A DNA stretch of 60,929 nucleotides, filler included, from an uncultured bacterium (GTDB lineage: Bacteria; CAYJOG01): the NCBI GenBank assembly GCA_964371695.1. It is 7 parts of 7 records of this genome, joined end to end, with 100 filler letters (N's around TTAATTAATTAA, not from the genome) between each part and the next. Parts side by side here need not be neighbours in the genome. Positions count along the whole stretch, not along the records: positions 26,367 to 34,960 come from CAYJOG010000096.1; positions 35,061 to 43,648 come from CAYJOG010000097.1; 5 more parts are not named here. The stretch is one strand, 5' to 3'. The translations under genes were made by a program, and so were the position numbers. Under the pieces are notes generated by a model. The model was not told where the DNA came from. It saw only the letters and a program-made list of their open reading frames with translations, and did not search any database. Positions 30,731 through 39,791 of this stretch are shown one piece after another (positions within the stretch are counted from its first letter, which is position 1; each line of letters starts with the position of its first letter).

Positions 30731-32437
30731 TCAGTCGTCCTCAGACGGCACCACGCGAGCCAGTTCCTTGTAGGTGGTCATGCCCTTCACCACTTTGGTC
30801 AGGCCCGCTTCATAAAGCGTGCGCATGCCTTCTTCCCGCGCCAGATTGCGCAAATGGCGGCTGCTGGTGCGCTCCATGATGATGTCCGAAATACGCCCCG
30901 TCACGGTCATGATTTCCATGGCCGCCGTGCGGCCCTTGTAACCCGACTGGTTGCACACCTTGCAGCCCCCGCCCACGCTCAGGTTCATGAACTCGTCGCT
31001 CTCTACCTTGCGCAGTTCGTTGAGTTCTTCAATCGTGGGCTGATAAGTGGATTTGCAGTGGGTACACACCTTGCGAATCAGCCGCTGGGCGATGACGCCG
31101 TTGAGCGTGCTGGCGAGAATGAACGGGCTGGCGCCCAGCTCCAGCATGCGGGCCACGGCGGTGGGGGCGTCGTTGGTGTGCAGGGTGCCAAACACAAGGT
31201 GGCCGGTCATGCTGGCGTTGAGCACCATGTTCACCGTTTCCTGATCACGGATTTCGCCCACCAGAATGATGTCCGGGTCTTGCCGCAAAAGCGCCCTGAG
31301 GCCGGTGGCGAAGGTGACCCCGGCGCGCTCATGCACCTGGGTCTGGTTCACGCCGTCGAGTTTGTATTCGATGGGGTCTTCGATGGTGTTGATGTTGATG
31401 TCGGGCTTGTTGATTTCGTGGATGATGGAATAGAGGGTGGTGGTTTTGCCGCTGCCGGTGGGGCCGGTCACCAGCACCACGCCATAGGGCCGGGTGACCA
31501 TTTTCATGAGCACGTCATAGTCGTGCTGGTCCAGCCCAAGCTGGCTCAGGCCCATCATGGCCTTGCCCTGGTCCAGAATACGCATCACGCATTTTTCACC
31601 ATAGTTGGTGGGCATGGTGCTCACGCGCACGTCATAGCTCTTGCCTTCCATCTGGGTGCTGAAGCGGCCATCCTGCGGGGCGCGTTTTTCGGAGATGTCG
31701 AGGTCGGCAAGAATCTTGATGCGGCTGATGACCGCCCCCTGCACCTTTTTGGGCACATTCATGATGTCCCTCAGCAGGCCGTCTATGCGAAATCGCACAC
31801 GGCTGTCGCGGCGGGCCGGCTCCACGTGTACGTCGGTGCATTCCTGGCGAATGGCCTCAAAAAGAATCTGGTTCACCAGCTTGACGATGGGGGCGTCCTC
31901 CAGGTTGTCTTCCCCCACGTCCTCGTCAAAATTGCCCTCGTCGTCTTCGGCCTTGCCAAAGGCCACGTCAATTTCATCCAGGGTTTTGCCAACCCGTTCC
32001 TCCAGCTTGCCCCCCTGGCTCATGAGGGCCTGCAAACTGTCGCTGGTGGCCACAAAGGGCTTGATGCGGTAACCCGTCAGCAGGCGCATTTCCTCGATGG
32101 CCGCCATGTCGTTGGGGTTGATCATGGCCACATGCAAGCGGTCGTTCTCCAGCCGCACGGCCACGGCGCTGTGTTTTTTCATGAAGGGTTCGGGGAACAG
32201 GTTGAACACCTTGGTGTCCATTTCCAGTTCCAGGGGGTCCAGATATTCCCGCCCGTGCTGCTCACCCAGCAGGTTACCGATCTGCTCGTTGGTGGCGAAG
32301 CCCAGGTTCACCAACACCTTGCCCAGCTTGTCGCCCGTGCTTTTCTGCACATTGATGGCCTGGCTGAGTTGCGCCTCGGTGATGACACCGGCATTCACCA
32401 GCAAATCGCCAATTTTTACTTTTTGCAGATCAAGCAT
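30731..32437 (-). CDS. pilB: Type IV pilus assembly ATPase (GspE/PilB)
   Basis: N-terminal KIGDLLV..GVITEAQL..A (MshEN-like), LDISEKRAPQDGR, TGPTGSGKTTTLY, LRQDPDIILVGEIRD, GTLHTNDA, two CxxC. Start moved to ATG 32437 because 32503 lies in a MITE. Confidence 0.93.
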   Translation of the reverse strand: MLDLQKVKIGDLLVNAGVITEAQLSQAINVQKSTGDKLGKVLVNLGFATNEQIGNLLGEQHGREYLDPLELEMDTKVFNLFPEPFMKKHSAVAVRLENDRLHVAMINPNDMAAIEEMRLLTGYRIKPFVATSDSLQALMSQGGKLEERVGKTLDEIDVAFGKAEDDEGNFDEDVGEDNLEDAPIVKLVNQILFEAIRQECTDVHVEPARRDSRVRFRIDGLLRDIMNVPKKVQGAVISRIKILADLDISEKRAPQDGRFSTQMEGKSYDVRVSTMPTNYGEKCVMRILDQGKAMMGLSQLGLDQHDYDVLMKMVTRPYGVVLVTGPTGSGKTTTLYSIIHEINKPDININTIEDPIEYKLDGVNQTQVHERAGVTFATGLRALLRQDPDIILVGEIRDQETVNMVLNASMTGHLVFGTLHTNDAPTAVARMLELGASPFILASTLNGVIAQRLIRKVCTHCKSTYQPTIEELNELRKVESDEFMNLSVGGGCKVCNQSGYKGRTAAMEIMTVTGRISDIIMERTSSRHLRNLAREEGMRTLYEAGLTKVVKGMTTYKELARVVPSEDD

Positions 32438-32472
32438 GGGGGTCCAAAAGCCAAAAGAGTCTAACGCATCAG

Positions 32473-32621
32473 CAGGGTGTTGATAAACACCCTGAAAATC
32501 CATGGATGGATTTTACCGCTTGCAGGGGTTCCAAAAACCCCTGCAAAAGCGCCATTTTGCGAGAGCCTTGCTTGAGCAAAATGGGTTGAGAAAGGCCAGG
32601 ATGGACTTTCTCAACACCCTG
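32473..32621. mobile_element. MITE family 3 (149 bp; CAGGGTGTTGA terminal inverted repeats)
   Basis: tcag|CAGGGTGTTGATAAA...TTTCTCAACACCCTG|ttag; a minimal palindromic form occurs at 50841-50866. Confidence 0.65.
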
Positions 32622-32804
32622 TTAGTCAATATTCACATATATATAGACATGAAAAATACTTGGCCGAGAAGCAAAATGAGCCAACCCAGCTTATATCTTC
32701 TGGTTCACCGGTTTCATCCGTGAAACCTTGCAATTGTCGCGGGAGGTCTTTTGGGGGAGCGGCAGCATGTTGATGCTGCCGGGCGCGACAAGCGGCGCGA
32801 CTTA

Positions 32805-32844
32805 GTAGGGCGGGCGTCTCGCCTGCCTGAGCGCGAAGCGCGAA
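32805..32844 (+). repeat. GTAG-type REP
   Basis: gtagggcgggcgtctcgcctgcctgagcgcgaagcgcgaa, near-identical to the copy at 11643. Confidence 0.7.
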
Positions 32845-33048
32845 ACAGCCGGGGTGGGGTTCGCACGGTAAAGACCACCCCATAAAGCAGAAAAGACCCG
32901 CCATAATCCTGATGCTGAGAAATTCTTTCACCACATCCCCAGCCGTTCTTTACCGGCGGCGGAAACGGCCATCCATGGCCTCTGGCTCTGGGTGCTGCCA
33001 AGAGGCAGGATATAAAATCATTTTGGTGGACCGATACGGCGTTTAACC

Positions 33049-33990
33049 ATGACCGAGGAAGAAATCATCCAGACCATGTTCAAGGCCGCCGGTGTGGGCC
33101 GGGCTGCGAAACCGGGCCTGCTCATCAGCGCGGGACTGGACGCCGCAGTCATCCAGATTAAAAACCCCCTGGTGGTGTCGGTGGATCTTTCCGTGGAGGG
33201 CACCCACTTTGACCTTTCTTTGTGCTCTGCCGAAGAAGCCGCCTGGCGGGCGGTTTCGCTGGCTGCGCCGGACCTGTACGCCATGGGCGCGCTGCCCCGG
33301 TTTGGTCTGATTTCCCTCTCGCTCCCCAAAAAAACCCCGCCCGCCGTGGTCCGTCAGTTGGCCAGGGGTGTGGCCAAAGCCTTTGCTGCGGCAGACATGG
33401 CGCTGATAGGCGGCGACACCACACGGGGGCCTGCCATCACGCTGGACGTGACCGTGATGGGCGAACAGGTGCGGTCCTTTGACCTGAAAAAACTTTTGCC
33501 CGGCGACCAGTTGGGTGTCACCGGCGTGCCGGGCCGCTCAGCCCTGGCGCTGGAAAAAATGCAAACAGCCAAACGGGAAAACAAACGCCTCGCCCCAGCC
33601 CAAAGCCTTGCCTATCGCAGGCCACAACCCGATTACGCCTTGGCAAAAAATCTCATCCACACCCCGCAGGTGCTGGCCATGACCGACATCAGCGACAGCT
33701 TGGTGAAAGACTCTGGCAAGCTGGCCGGTTGGGCGAAACTGGTGGCGGAACTGGACCTGGAACACCTGCCCGCCCCCAAACAACGGGGCCGCTTTCTCTC
33801 TCCTTATTACGCCCTGACCGGCGGCGAAGACGGCCTGTGGCTGGTGGCCTGGCGGGGAGAAAAACCGGCAGGCGTCACGCCGGTGGGGCGGATGGCTTCC
33901 ACCGACCCGCGCCGGAAGGCGGGCACGGTGTGGGGCCTCACGGCAAAAAAAATAAGAAAGCTGCAACACAGTGGCTTTAAGCATTTTTAA
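33049..33990 (+). CDS. thiL: Thiamine-monophosphate kinase (divergent)
   Basis: MTEEEII, D.SVEGTHF, DLYAMGA.P, LIGGDTT, GVTGVPGRSA, DISDSL, ALTGGED. Confidence 0.8.
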   Translation: MTEEEIIQTMFKAAGVGRAAKPGLLISAGLDAAVIQIKNPLVVSVDLSVEGTHFDLSLCSAEEAAWRAVSLAAPDLYAMGALPRFGLISLSLPKKTPPAVVRQLARGVAKAFAAADMALIGGDTTRGPAITLDVTVMGEQVRSFDLKKLLPGDQLGVTGVPGRSALALEKMQTAKRENKRLAPAQSLAYRRPQPDYALAKNLIHTPQVLAMTDISDSLVKDSGKLAGWAKLVAELDLEHLPAPKQRGRFLSPYYALTGGEDGLWLVAWRGEKPAGVTPVGRMASTDPRRKAGTVWGLTAKKIRKLQHSGFKHF

Positions 33991-34405
33991 AAACAGCCGC
34001 TTCACACTGGCCGCGCTGGAGGACACGAAAGCCCTCGCGCACCAACTGGCCGTCGCCGTGTCGCCCGGCGACGTGCTGCTGCTCACCGGCCCCGTGGGTG
34101 TGGGCAAAACCACCTTCACGGGTTTTTTGTTGCAGGCCTTGGGGGCAGCGACCTCGGCCCCCAGCCCCACCTATGCCCTGCACACCATCCACACCGGCCC
34201 GGCCGGCGACATTCACCACCTCGACCTCTACCGCCTGGACACCCTGGCCCAGTTCGAAAGCCTGGACCCCTGGGAAATCATGGCCAGTGGTTTTCTCACC
34301 CTCATCGAATGGGCCGACAACCTGCCGGTGAAATGGCCCCGTGAAGCCGTGACGCTGGCGTTTTCTTTTGACCCCCAGGGCCAGCGCGAAGTGGTCATAA
34401 AATAG
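33971..34405 (+). CDS. tsaE: tRNA t6A biosynthesis ATPase
   Basis: GDVLLLTGPVGVGKTTF, SPTYAL, HLDLYRL, LIEWAD. Confidence 0.92.
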   Translation: MALSIFKNSRFTLAALEDTKALAHQLAVAVSPGDVLLLTGPVGVGKTTFTGFLLQALGAATSAPSPTYALHTIHTGPAGDIHHLDLYRLDTLAQFESLDPWEIMASGFLTLIEWADNLPVKWPREAVTLAFSFDPQGQREVVIK

Positions 34406-34409
34406 CGCC

Positions 34410-34652
34410 ATGAAATCCAGACCCGGTGCAAGAAGGATTCAGGTGAAGGTGAAACCCGGCGCGAAACAGAACCAGGTCACCGAACACGCGGGTCAGCCCT
34501 GGGACGTGCGGGTGAAAGCGCCCGCACAGGATGGCAAAGCCAACGAGGCGGTGGCCGCCGTGCTGGCCGATCACCTGGGCCTGGCCAAATCCGCCGTCAC
34601 CGTCGAAAAAGGCCACACAAGCCGGGTGAAAACCGTTAGTATTTCAGGCTGA
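34410..34652 (+). CDS. DUF167/YggU family protein
   Basis: VKVKPGAK, VKAPAQDGKANEAV, LA..LGLAKS.V...GHTSR.K. Confidence 0.9.
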   Translation: MKSRPGARRIQVKVKPGAKQNQVTEHAGQPWDVRVKAPAQDGKANEAVAAVLADHLGLAKSAVTVEKGHTSRVKTVSISG

Positions 34653-34960
34653 ATGGCCCCGACAGAAAAAGCCCTGCTCTGCGACGAATGCCCCCAGCCC
34701 ACACGGCTGGTTGAGGAAGGCTCCCTCACCTGGGGCCGCACGTTGCCAGAGGTGATTCCTTTTCTTGTCACCGGCGCGGTGCCCATGGCGGTGCTGGCTC
34801 CCGTGCTGCTGCTGCTGCGCCTGGGTCTCACGGGCCAGATGGACGCCCCCGACAACCTGCTGCTCACACTGGTGACCAAAGCGGGTCTGGGAGCAGGGTT
34901 TGGTGGTTTTGTGGGGTTGTGTGCGGCGCTTTTTGGCGCAGAGGGCGGCCTGTTGGGGGG
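34653..34960 (+). CDS. Hypothetical membrane protein, 3' truncated
   Basis: ATG abuts the upstream stop; CxxC followed by hydrophobic segments. Confidence 0.45.
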
Positions 34961-35060
34961 NNNNNNNNNNNNNNNNNNNNNNNNNNNNNNNNNNNNNNNN
35001 NNNNTTAATTAATTAANNNNNNNNNNNNNNNNNNNNNNNNNNNNNNNNNNNNNNNNNNNN

Positions 35061-35176
35061 GGCATCTTGCCTGCGTTCATATGAAAGGCAGGCAAGATGC
35101 CTGCCCCACCAAAGAAAATAAAGAAGAAGGCTTGAGCCTCTTGTTTCACTGGATTCCCGCTTTCGCGGGAATGACG
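35061..35176. repeat. REP cluster at contig start
   Basis: ggcatcttgcctgc...gcaggcaagatgcc; tggattcccgctttcgcgggaatgacg at 35150. Confidence 0.7.
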
Positions 35177-35272
35177 GCGAGGAGCCGTTGGTGTTCTTTT
35201 CTTTCACCAACCGCATCTCCCTACTTCCGGCCACCATCTTCCGATGTCCGACTTCCATCCTCCTGCCTCCCC

Positions 35273-36763
35273 TTATTTCAACGGACTCAGGGCCTCCATC
35301 AGGGCCATGTCGCCGGTGGCCTGGGCCAGACCAGCGGGGCTTTGGCCCTGGGCATTTTTCAGCGTGGGGTCCGCGCCGTGTTTCACCAGCAGGCGGGCCA
35401 TGTCCACCGCCCGTTGCAAAACCGCCTGATGCAGCGGGGTTTGGCCCCCGGCGGCGGCCTGATTGGGCGCCGCGCCGTGTTGCAGCAACAACGCTGCCAT
35501 GGCCGTGTCGGCCCGGCTCACCGCCCCCGCCAGCGGCCCCCCCTGTGCGCCCAGGGGCGCGTTCACGTTCGCGCCCGCCAGCAGCAGCACGCGGGCTGTC
35601 TCTACCCGGCCATAGAGCACCGCAAGATGCAGGGGCATCCCCCCCCCCGGCGACACCACCGAAGGCACGGGATATTTCCCCAGAAACATTTCCAGCAGCG
35701 CCGCCTGACCCAGCGCCGCCGCCCAGTGCAGCGCACACAGGCCCTTTTCGTCGCGGGCCGTGGGGTCCGCGCCGCGCCGGAACAAACTCGCGGCAAGCGC
35801 CGTGTCGTCTGCCTTCAGCGCGTGAATCAGTTCCTGATCCAGTTCATCTGTGGCCGGGGCACGGGCGGGGGTGTGGGTGGGCGGCTTGGCCGGTTTGGCC
35901 GCAGCTTTTTTCATCAGGGCCAGCAGGGATTTTTCCTTGAGCCGTTTTGCCAGCACCACAGGGGTTTCGCCCTCGGTGTTTTTCAGCGCCAGTCCCTCGC
36001 CGGTGGCCACCAGCAGGGCAGCGGTTTCGCGCTGACTGTTTTTTATCGCGGCATGAAGAGGGGTGTCGCCGTTGTCGTCCTGCGCCGTGGGCGACGCGCC
36101 TTTTTCCAGCAGAAACCGCACCGCCGCTCCGTGGCCGTTCTGGGCTGCGGCGTGCAGGGGCGTCTGGCCCTGTTCGTCGGCGGAGTTGACCTCTGCGGCG
36201 GCCTCTTGCAACACCTTGAGGGCAGAGGTCTGGCCCTGGGCGGCGGCCTCGAACAGGGCGGTGCGCCCGGCGTGGTCACGCTGGCCGGGGCGCGCACCGC
36301 GACCCAGCAGCAGCATGAGAATGAGCGAATGGCCCCCCGCCGCCGCCGCGTGCAGGGGCGTGCCGCCCTCTTCATCCACCGGCGAATGGGGCGCACCCCG
36401 GCTGAGCAGCAGCGCCACCAGACCGGCGCCGCCCTGGCGGGCCGCCGCGTGCAGGGCGCTCCTGCCGTTGTCGTCCTGGGCAAACACGCTGGCGCCAGCC
36501 TCCAGCGCCTCGCGGGCGGCGGTTTCGTCGCCTTCTTCAGCGGCGGTGATGAGCGCTGCGTCTTCTTCGTCACCGGCCCGCGTGGCGGATGGGGCCGCCC
36601 ACAACAAAAGGGCGAGGGCAAGCGCAAGCCGGAGCAGTGCCGGGACTTTAATCAGAGTAGCGGCGACGCCCCCGTCGCCGCAAAGGCCGATGCCCCCTGA
36701 TTGTTTTTTTTGCCTGTGCGCGGTGGGGACACCGCGCCTACTCAGAAAGTAGCGAAAAATCAT
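35273..36763 (-). CDS. Secreted ankyrin-repeat protein (start 36763, or coupled start 36817)
   Basis: About 10 repeats of G.TPLH.AA..G...V..LL..GA; signal peptide ends ATRA. Confidence 0.9.
   Translation of the reverse strand: MIFRYFLSRRGVPTAHRQKKQSGGIGLCGDGGVAATLIKVPALLRLALALALLLWAAPSATRAGDEEDAALITAAEEGDETAAREALEAGASVFAQDDNGRSALHAAARQGGAGLVALLLSRGAPHSPVDEEGGTPLHAAAAGGHSLILMLLLGRGARPGQRDHAGRTALFEAAAQGQTSALKVLQEAAAEVNSADEQGQTPLHAAAQNGHGAAVRFLLEKGASPTAQDDNGDTPLHAAIKNSQRETAALLVATGEGLALKNTEGETPVVLAKRLKEKSLLALMKKAAAKPAKPPTHTPARAPATDELDQELIHALKADDTALAASLFRRGADPTARDEKGLCALHWAAALGQAALLEMFLGKYPVPSVVSPGGGMPLHLAVLYGRVETARVLLLAGANVNAPLGAQGGPLAGAVSRADTAMAALLLQHGAAPNQAAAGGQTPLHQAVLQRAVDMARLLVKHGADPTLKNAQGQSPAGLAQATGDMALMEALSPLK
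36657..36741. repeat. GTAG...CTAC REP doublet (REPIN-like) flanked by TCAGA direct repeats
   Basis: tcaga|GTAGcggcgacgcccccgtcgccg...gcgcggtggggacaccgcgcCTAC|tcaga. Confidence 0.75.
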
Positions 36764-36813
36764 CAGGGGGGCCGCCATCATGGCGGGACAAAACGCTTGT
36801 TTCCGCAACCCGC

Positions 36814-37287
36814 TCATTGGCCGGGTTTCCACCGTTTTTTCTCCCCGGCCGGGCCGGGATAAAACAGCGTCTTGGGGCAGGTCAGCTCCACCGTAAAAGC
36901 CGCGTAGGCAAAAAACTTGCAGCCGCTGGCGCTGTCCTGCTGGGCGGGCACGGCCCACAGCATCCAGGTGTTTTCCTGAGGGGTGAAAGACACGTTGCCG
37001 CAGCGGTCTTGGGCGCGCTCGAACGGACGGGATTTTTGCAGCAGCGTGAGAGATTCGCCTTCTGGCATCGGGCCATTGCGAATGACCCGCCACAGTTTGC
37101 CCAGGGCCTCGGCGCAGGGTTTCAGTTCGTCGGGGGCCTCCAGGGCGCTCTGGCCCAGCACGGGGGTGTAACCCGCCTGACGCAGGCGGCCTGCGGCGCT
37201 CTCGCGCAGCACCAGCGGCGCGATCAATCCCGCCGCCCCCAGCAGCAGCGACACCACCAGCACCGCCACACCAGCGCCAGATTTCAC
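36814..37287 (-). CDS. Hypothetical membrane-anchored protein
   Basis: GTG start proposed; N-terminal TM segment and 4 Cys; stop overlaps the next ATG (ATGA). Confidence 0.55.
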   Translation of the reverse strand: MKSGAGVAVLVVSLLLGAAGLIAPLVLRESAAGRLRQAGYTPVLGQSALEAPDELKPCAEALGKLWRVIRNGPMPEGESLTLLQKSRPFERAQDRCGNVSFTPQENTWMLWAVPAQQDSASGCKFFAYAAFTVELTCPKTLFYPGPAGEKKRWKPGQ

Positions 37288-37346
37288 GGGACAGGGCCTT
37301 TCGCTTGTGTCATGGACAAAGGATAACGGCCCGATGCACTGCTCTA

Positions 37347-37510
37347 GAACTTGTCTCATAAATCCCTCCGTGGCTTTATTCGACCGCCGTGGCCGGAAGT
37401 AAATTCCAGCCACGAGCGCGAAAACCTACGGGTTTTCAACCCTCCGGCTTTCGGTGCAGGTCTTCCTGACCTGCCAGAAGCCATCTCTTTGACATTTATG
37501 AGATGGGTTC
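37347..37510 (+). mobile_element. MITE family 2 (164 bp), TA flanks
   Basis: ta|GAACTTGTCTCATAAAT...ATTTATGAGATGGGTTC|ta; same-length homologue at 50642. Confidence 0.75.
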
Positions 37511-39243
37511 TAAAACGGCCAGGCGAAGGTGTCTGCGGTGTCCGGCTCCTGGGGCAGTGTGCGGTGCAGTTGCAACACGGTGTCGTGGGGACTCACCAGC
37601 GGCTCGCGCTGCTCGCCCGTTTCGTCCACCAGCGTGATGGCCACCGGGGCGCTCAACACTTCGTCTGCCCCCGGCGTGGCCCAGGCCACCGCCCCCGCAA
37701 AGGCCAGCACGTCCTCGCCCGGTTTTTCGCGCACCAGGATTTCCATGAACTTTTCTTCTTCGCCGGTTTCAAACCGCCGGTTGTGGCCCTTGCACGCCAA
37801 GAGACGCAGCAGGTGTTCGTCGTTGGCGAGGTCCAGCACCGCATCGCTCTCCCACAGGTGGCTGAACACCAGTTCATAGGTCATGGGCATGTCCGTGACG
37901 GTGATCTCGCGCCCCTTTGTGCCCATGAAGGTGGCGCAGAGGGTGGGCGACGCGGCCACCAGCGCCTGATCGCGCCCATGCACCGCCGCCAGGGCCTGGG
38001 GCAGCGTGGCGCGGGCCTGCTGATAGGTGGGGTCGTGTTTCAGCGCCTGCTGGCAGCGGCGCAGCAGTTCCTCCGGCTCTTCGCTCAGCACGCCGATGTT
38101 GTAATGGGCGCGGGCGTCGGCGGGGTCCATGGCCAGGGCTTCTTCCAGCCTTTCCAGTGCGGCGGCGGTGGCTTCGAGATCGGCATAGGCCCCGGCCAGG
38201 GCGTGAAGCACGCCGGGGGTGCGCGTGACATAACGCGCCAGCAACGGCTCGGCCTCGTGGGGCGGCACGCGGGCCAGCAGGTCTGCCGCCGCGCCGTCGT
38301 TCAGCCGCCGGGTGGGTTCGGACTCAAGACCAAACCGCGCACTGGCGGCGGCCACCTGCCGCAGGGCTTCTTCGTGTTCGCCCAGGTCCAGCAGCGTGGC
38401 GGTGAGGTTGCCATAGGCCCGCTCAAAATCGGGGTCTTCGGCCAGCACCCGCAGCAGGGTTTCCCGCGCCTGCTCGGCCTGACCCGCCCGCCGCTCCAGA
38501 AAACCCACCAGATGCAGACTCTCCAGATCGGTTTTGTCCAGTTCGAGCGCTTCGTGGGCCAGCGCCAGGGCTTCTTCATGCTGTTCCATTTCATCCAGCA
38601 GGTCTGCCAGCACACGCCGGGCGGCGAGGGGCTGGGGGGCCGTGAGTTCACGCAAGAGCGCCACGCCGTCTTCGAGCTGGCCGGTGGATTTGGCCCAGAT
38701 GCCGATGAGGTCGGTGAGCAGGGGATAGGCCGGGTCCTGCGCGGCGGCTTCCCTGATCATGGCCAGTTGCGCCTCTGGCGACATGGGGTCGCCCACGCCT
38801 TCCATGGCCTGACGCACGGCCCGCAGGCGCTGTATCACCGACAGCTCCTTCAGGGCAAGGTCATCCAGCGGCTGGCTCGTGCCGTCAAAAAACAGCACGG
38901 CGGCCTGGGGGTCTTTGTCCGCCTCCATCAGCACCACCAGCTCGGCCTGACGCACGGGCAAAAACAGGTGCATGCGGGCCTTCAGCCGCTGGCCGCTGCC
39001 GGGGCCGTGGGGCGGCACAAAACTCATGAAGGCCAGGATTTTGCCCGGCTCATCCAGCACCTGCCCCAGGTTCACAATGAGGCTGGTGGCGGTGTCAGCG
39101 CTGAGCGAGCCATCGGGGTTTTGGGGGTGCTCCAGCACAAACAGCATGTCGCGGGCCAGCGCGCCATTTTGTGTGAGTTCCTGCTGGCGCAGGGCCTGCA
39201 TCTGCTGGCCGGTGTCGGGAGATTCGGGGTTTTCGTTGGTCAT
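37510..39243 (-). CDS. Tetratricopeptide-repeat protein
   Basis: Helical repeats (EALELDKTD, VLAEDPDFERAYGNL, ALAMDPADARAHYNIG, ALKHDPTYQQA). Confidence 0.8.
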   Translation of the reverse strand: MTNENPESPDTGQQMQALRQQELTQNGALARDMLFVLEHPQNPDGSLSADTATSLIVNLGQVLDEPGKILAFMSFVPPHGPGSGQRLKARMHLFLPVRQAELVVLMEADKDPQAAVLFFDGTSQPLDDLALKELSVIQRLRAVRQAMEGVGDPMSPEAQLAMIREAAAQDPAYPLLTDLIGIWAKSTGQLEDGVALLRELTAPQPLAARRVLADLLDEMEQHEEALALAHEALELDKTDLESLHLVGFLERRAGQAEQARETLLRVLAEDPDFERAYGNLTATLLDLGEHEEALRQVAAASARFGLESEPTRRLNDGAAADLLARVPPHEAEPLLARYVTRTPGVLHALAGAYADLEATAAALERLEEALAMDPADARAHYNIGVLSEEPEELLRRCQQALKHDPTYQQARATLPQALAAVHGRDQALVAASPTLCATFMGTKGREITVTDMPMTYELVFSHLWESDAVLDLANDEHLLRLLACKGHNRRFETGEEEKFMEILVREKPGEDVLAFAGAVAWATPGADEVLSAPVAITLVDETGEQREPLVSPHDTVLQLHRTLPQEPDTADTFAWPF

Positions 39244-39384
39244 TCTTTTNNNNNNNNNNNNNNNNNNNNNNNNNNNNNNNNNNNNNNNNNNNNNNNNNNN
39301 NNNNNNNCCCCCCCAAAAAAAAAAAATTTTTTTTTTCTGGGGGGGGGGGGCCCCCCCCCCCCGCCTTTAATAAACAATCACCCT

Positions 39385-39789
39385 TCACTTCGCCACCATG
39401 TTGATGCCTTTTTGCAGCGCGGCCGTGCTGGCCACCGCCTGGATGTAACTGATGACCTTGCGGTGGCGGTTTTCGAACACCGTGAGGGGAATCTCCCAGG
39501 CGTCGTAATCGTCCACAATGGCCTCGGCCTTGGGGTCGTCGATGTTGATGACCACAAACACCACGCGGCGGTTGTTCTTTTTGTAGACCGCCTCCATGGC
39601 CGGGTGCATTTTTTTGCACGGCCCACACCAGGGCGCCCAGAAATGCAGCAGGGCGGGCCGTCCGCTTTTTTGCAGGGTTTTGTAAACCGCTGCGCCGTTC
39701 ATGTCCCACAAGGGGTGCTTGGCGGCGTGGGCAGGCAGAGCCACCCCAAGCCCCGCCACCACAAACAACAGCCGCACAAGATTTTTCAT
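39385..39789 (-). CDS. Exported thioredoxin-family protein
   Basis: Signal peptide ends PAHA; FWAPWCGPCK; INIDD. Confidence 0.9.
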   Translation of the reverse strand: MKNLVRLLFVVAGLGVALPAHAAKHPLWDMNGAAVYKTLQKSGRPALLHFWAPWCGPCKKMHPAMEAVYKKNNRRVVFVVINIDDPKAEAIVDDYDAWEIPLTVFENRHRKVISYIQAVASTAALQKGINMVAK

Positions 39790-39791
39790 CC

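Noticed and set aside
26880-32437. Functional link between the CehA/McbA hydrolase and pilBC
   Set aside because: Same strand and adjacent, but nothing else in the sequence supports a shared system.
39308-39365. Homopolymer blocks C/A/T/G/C with palindromic look (similar noise at ~52225-52302)
   Set aside because: Adjacent to gaps and typical of low-quality read ends.
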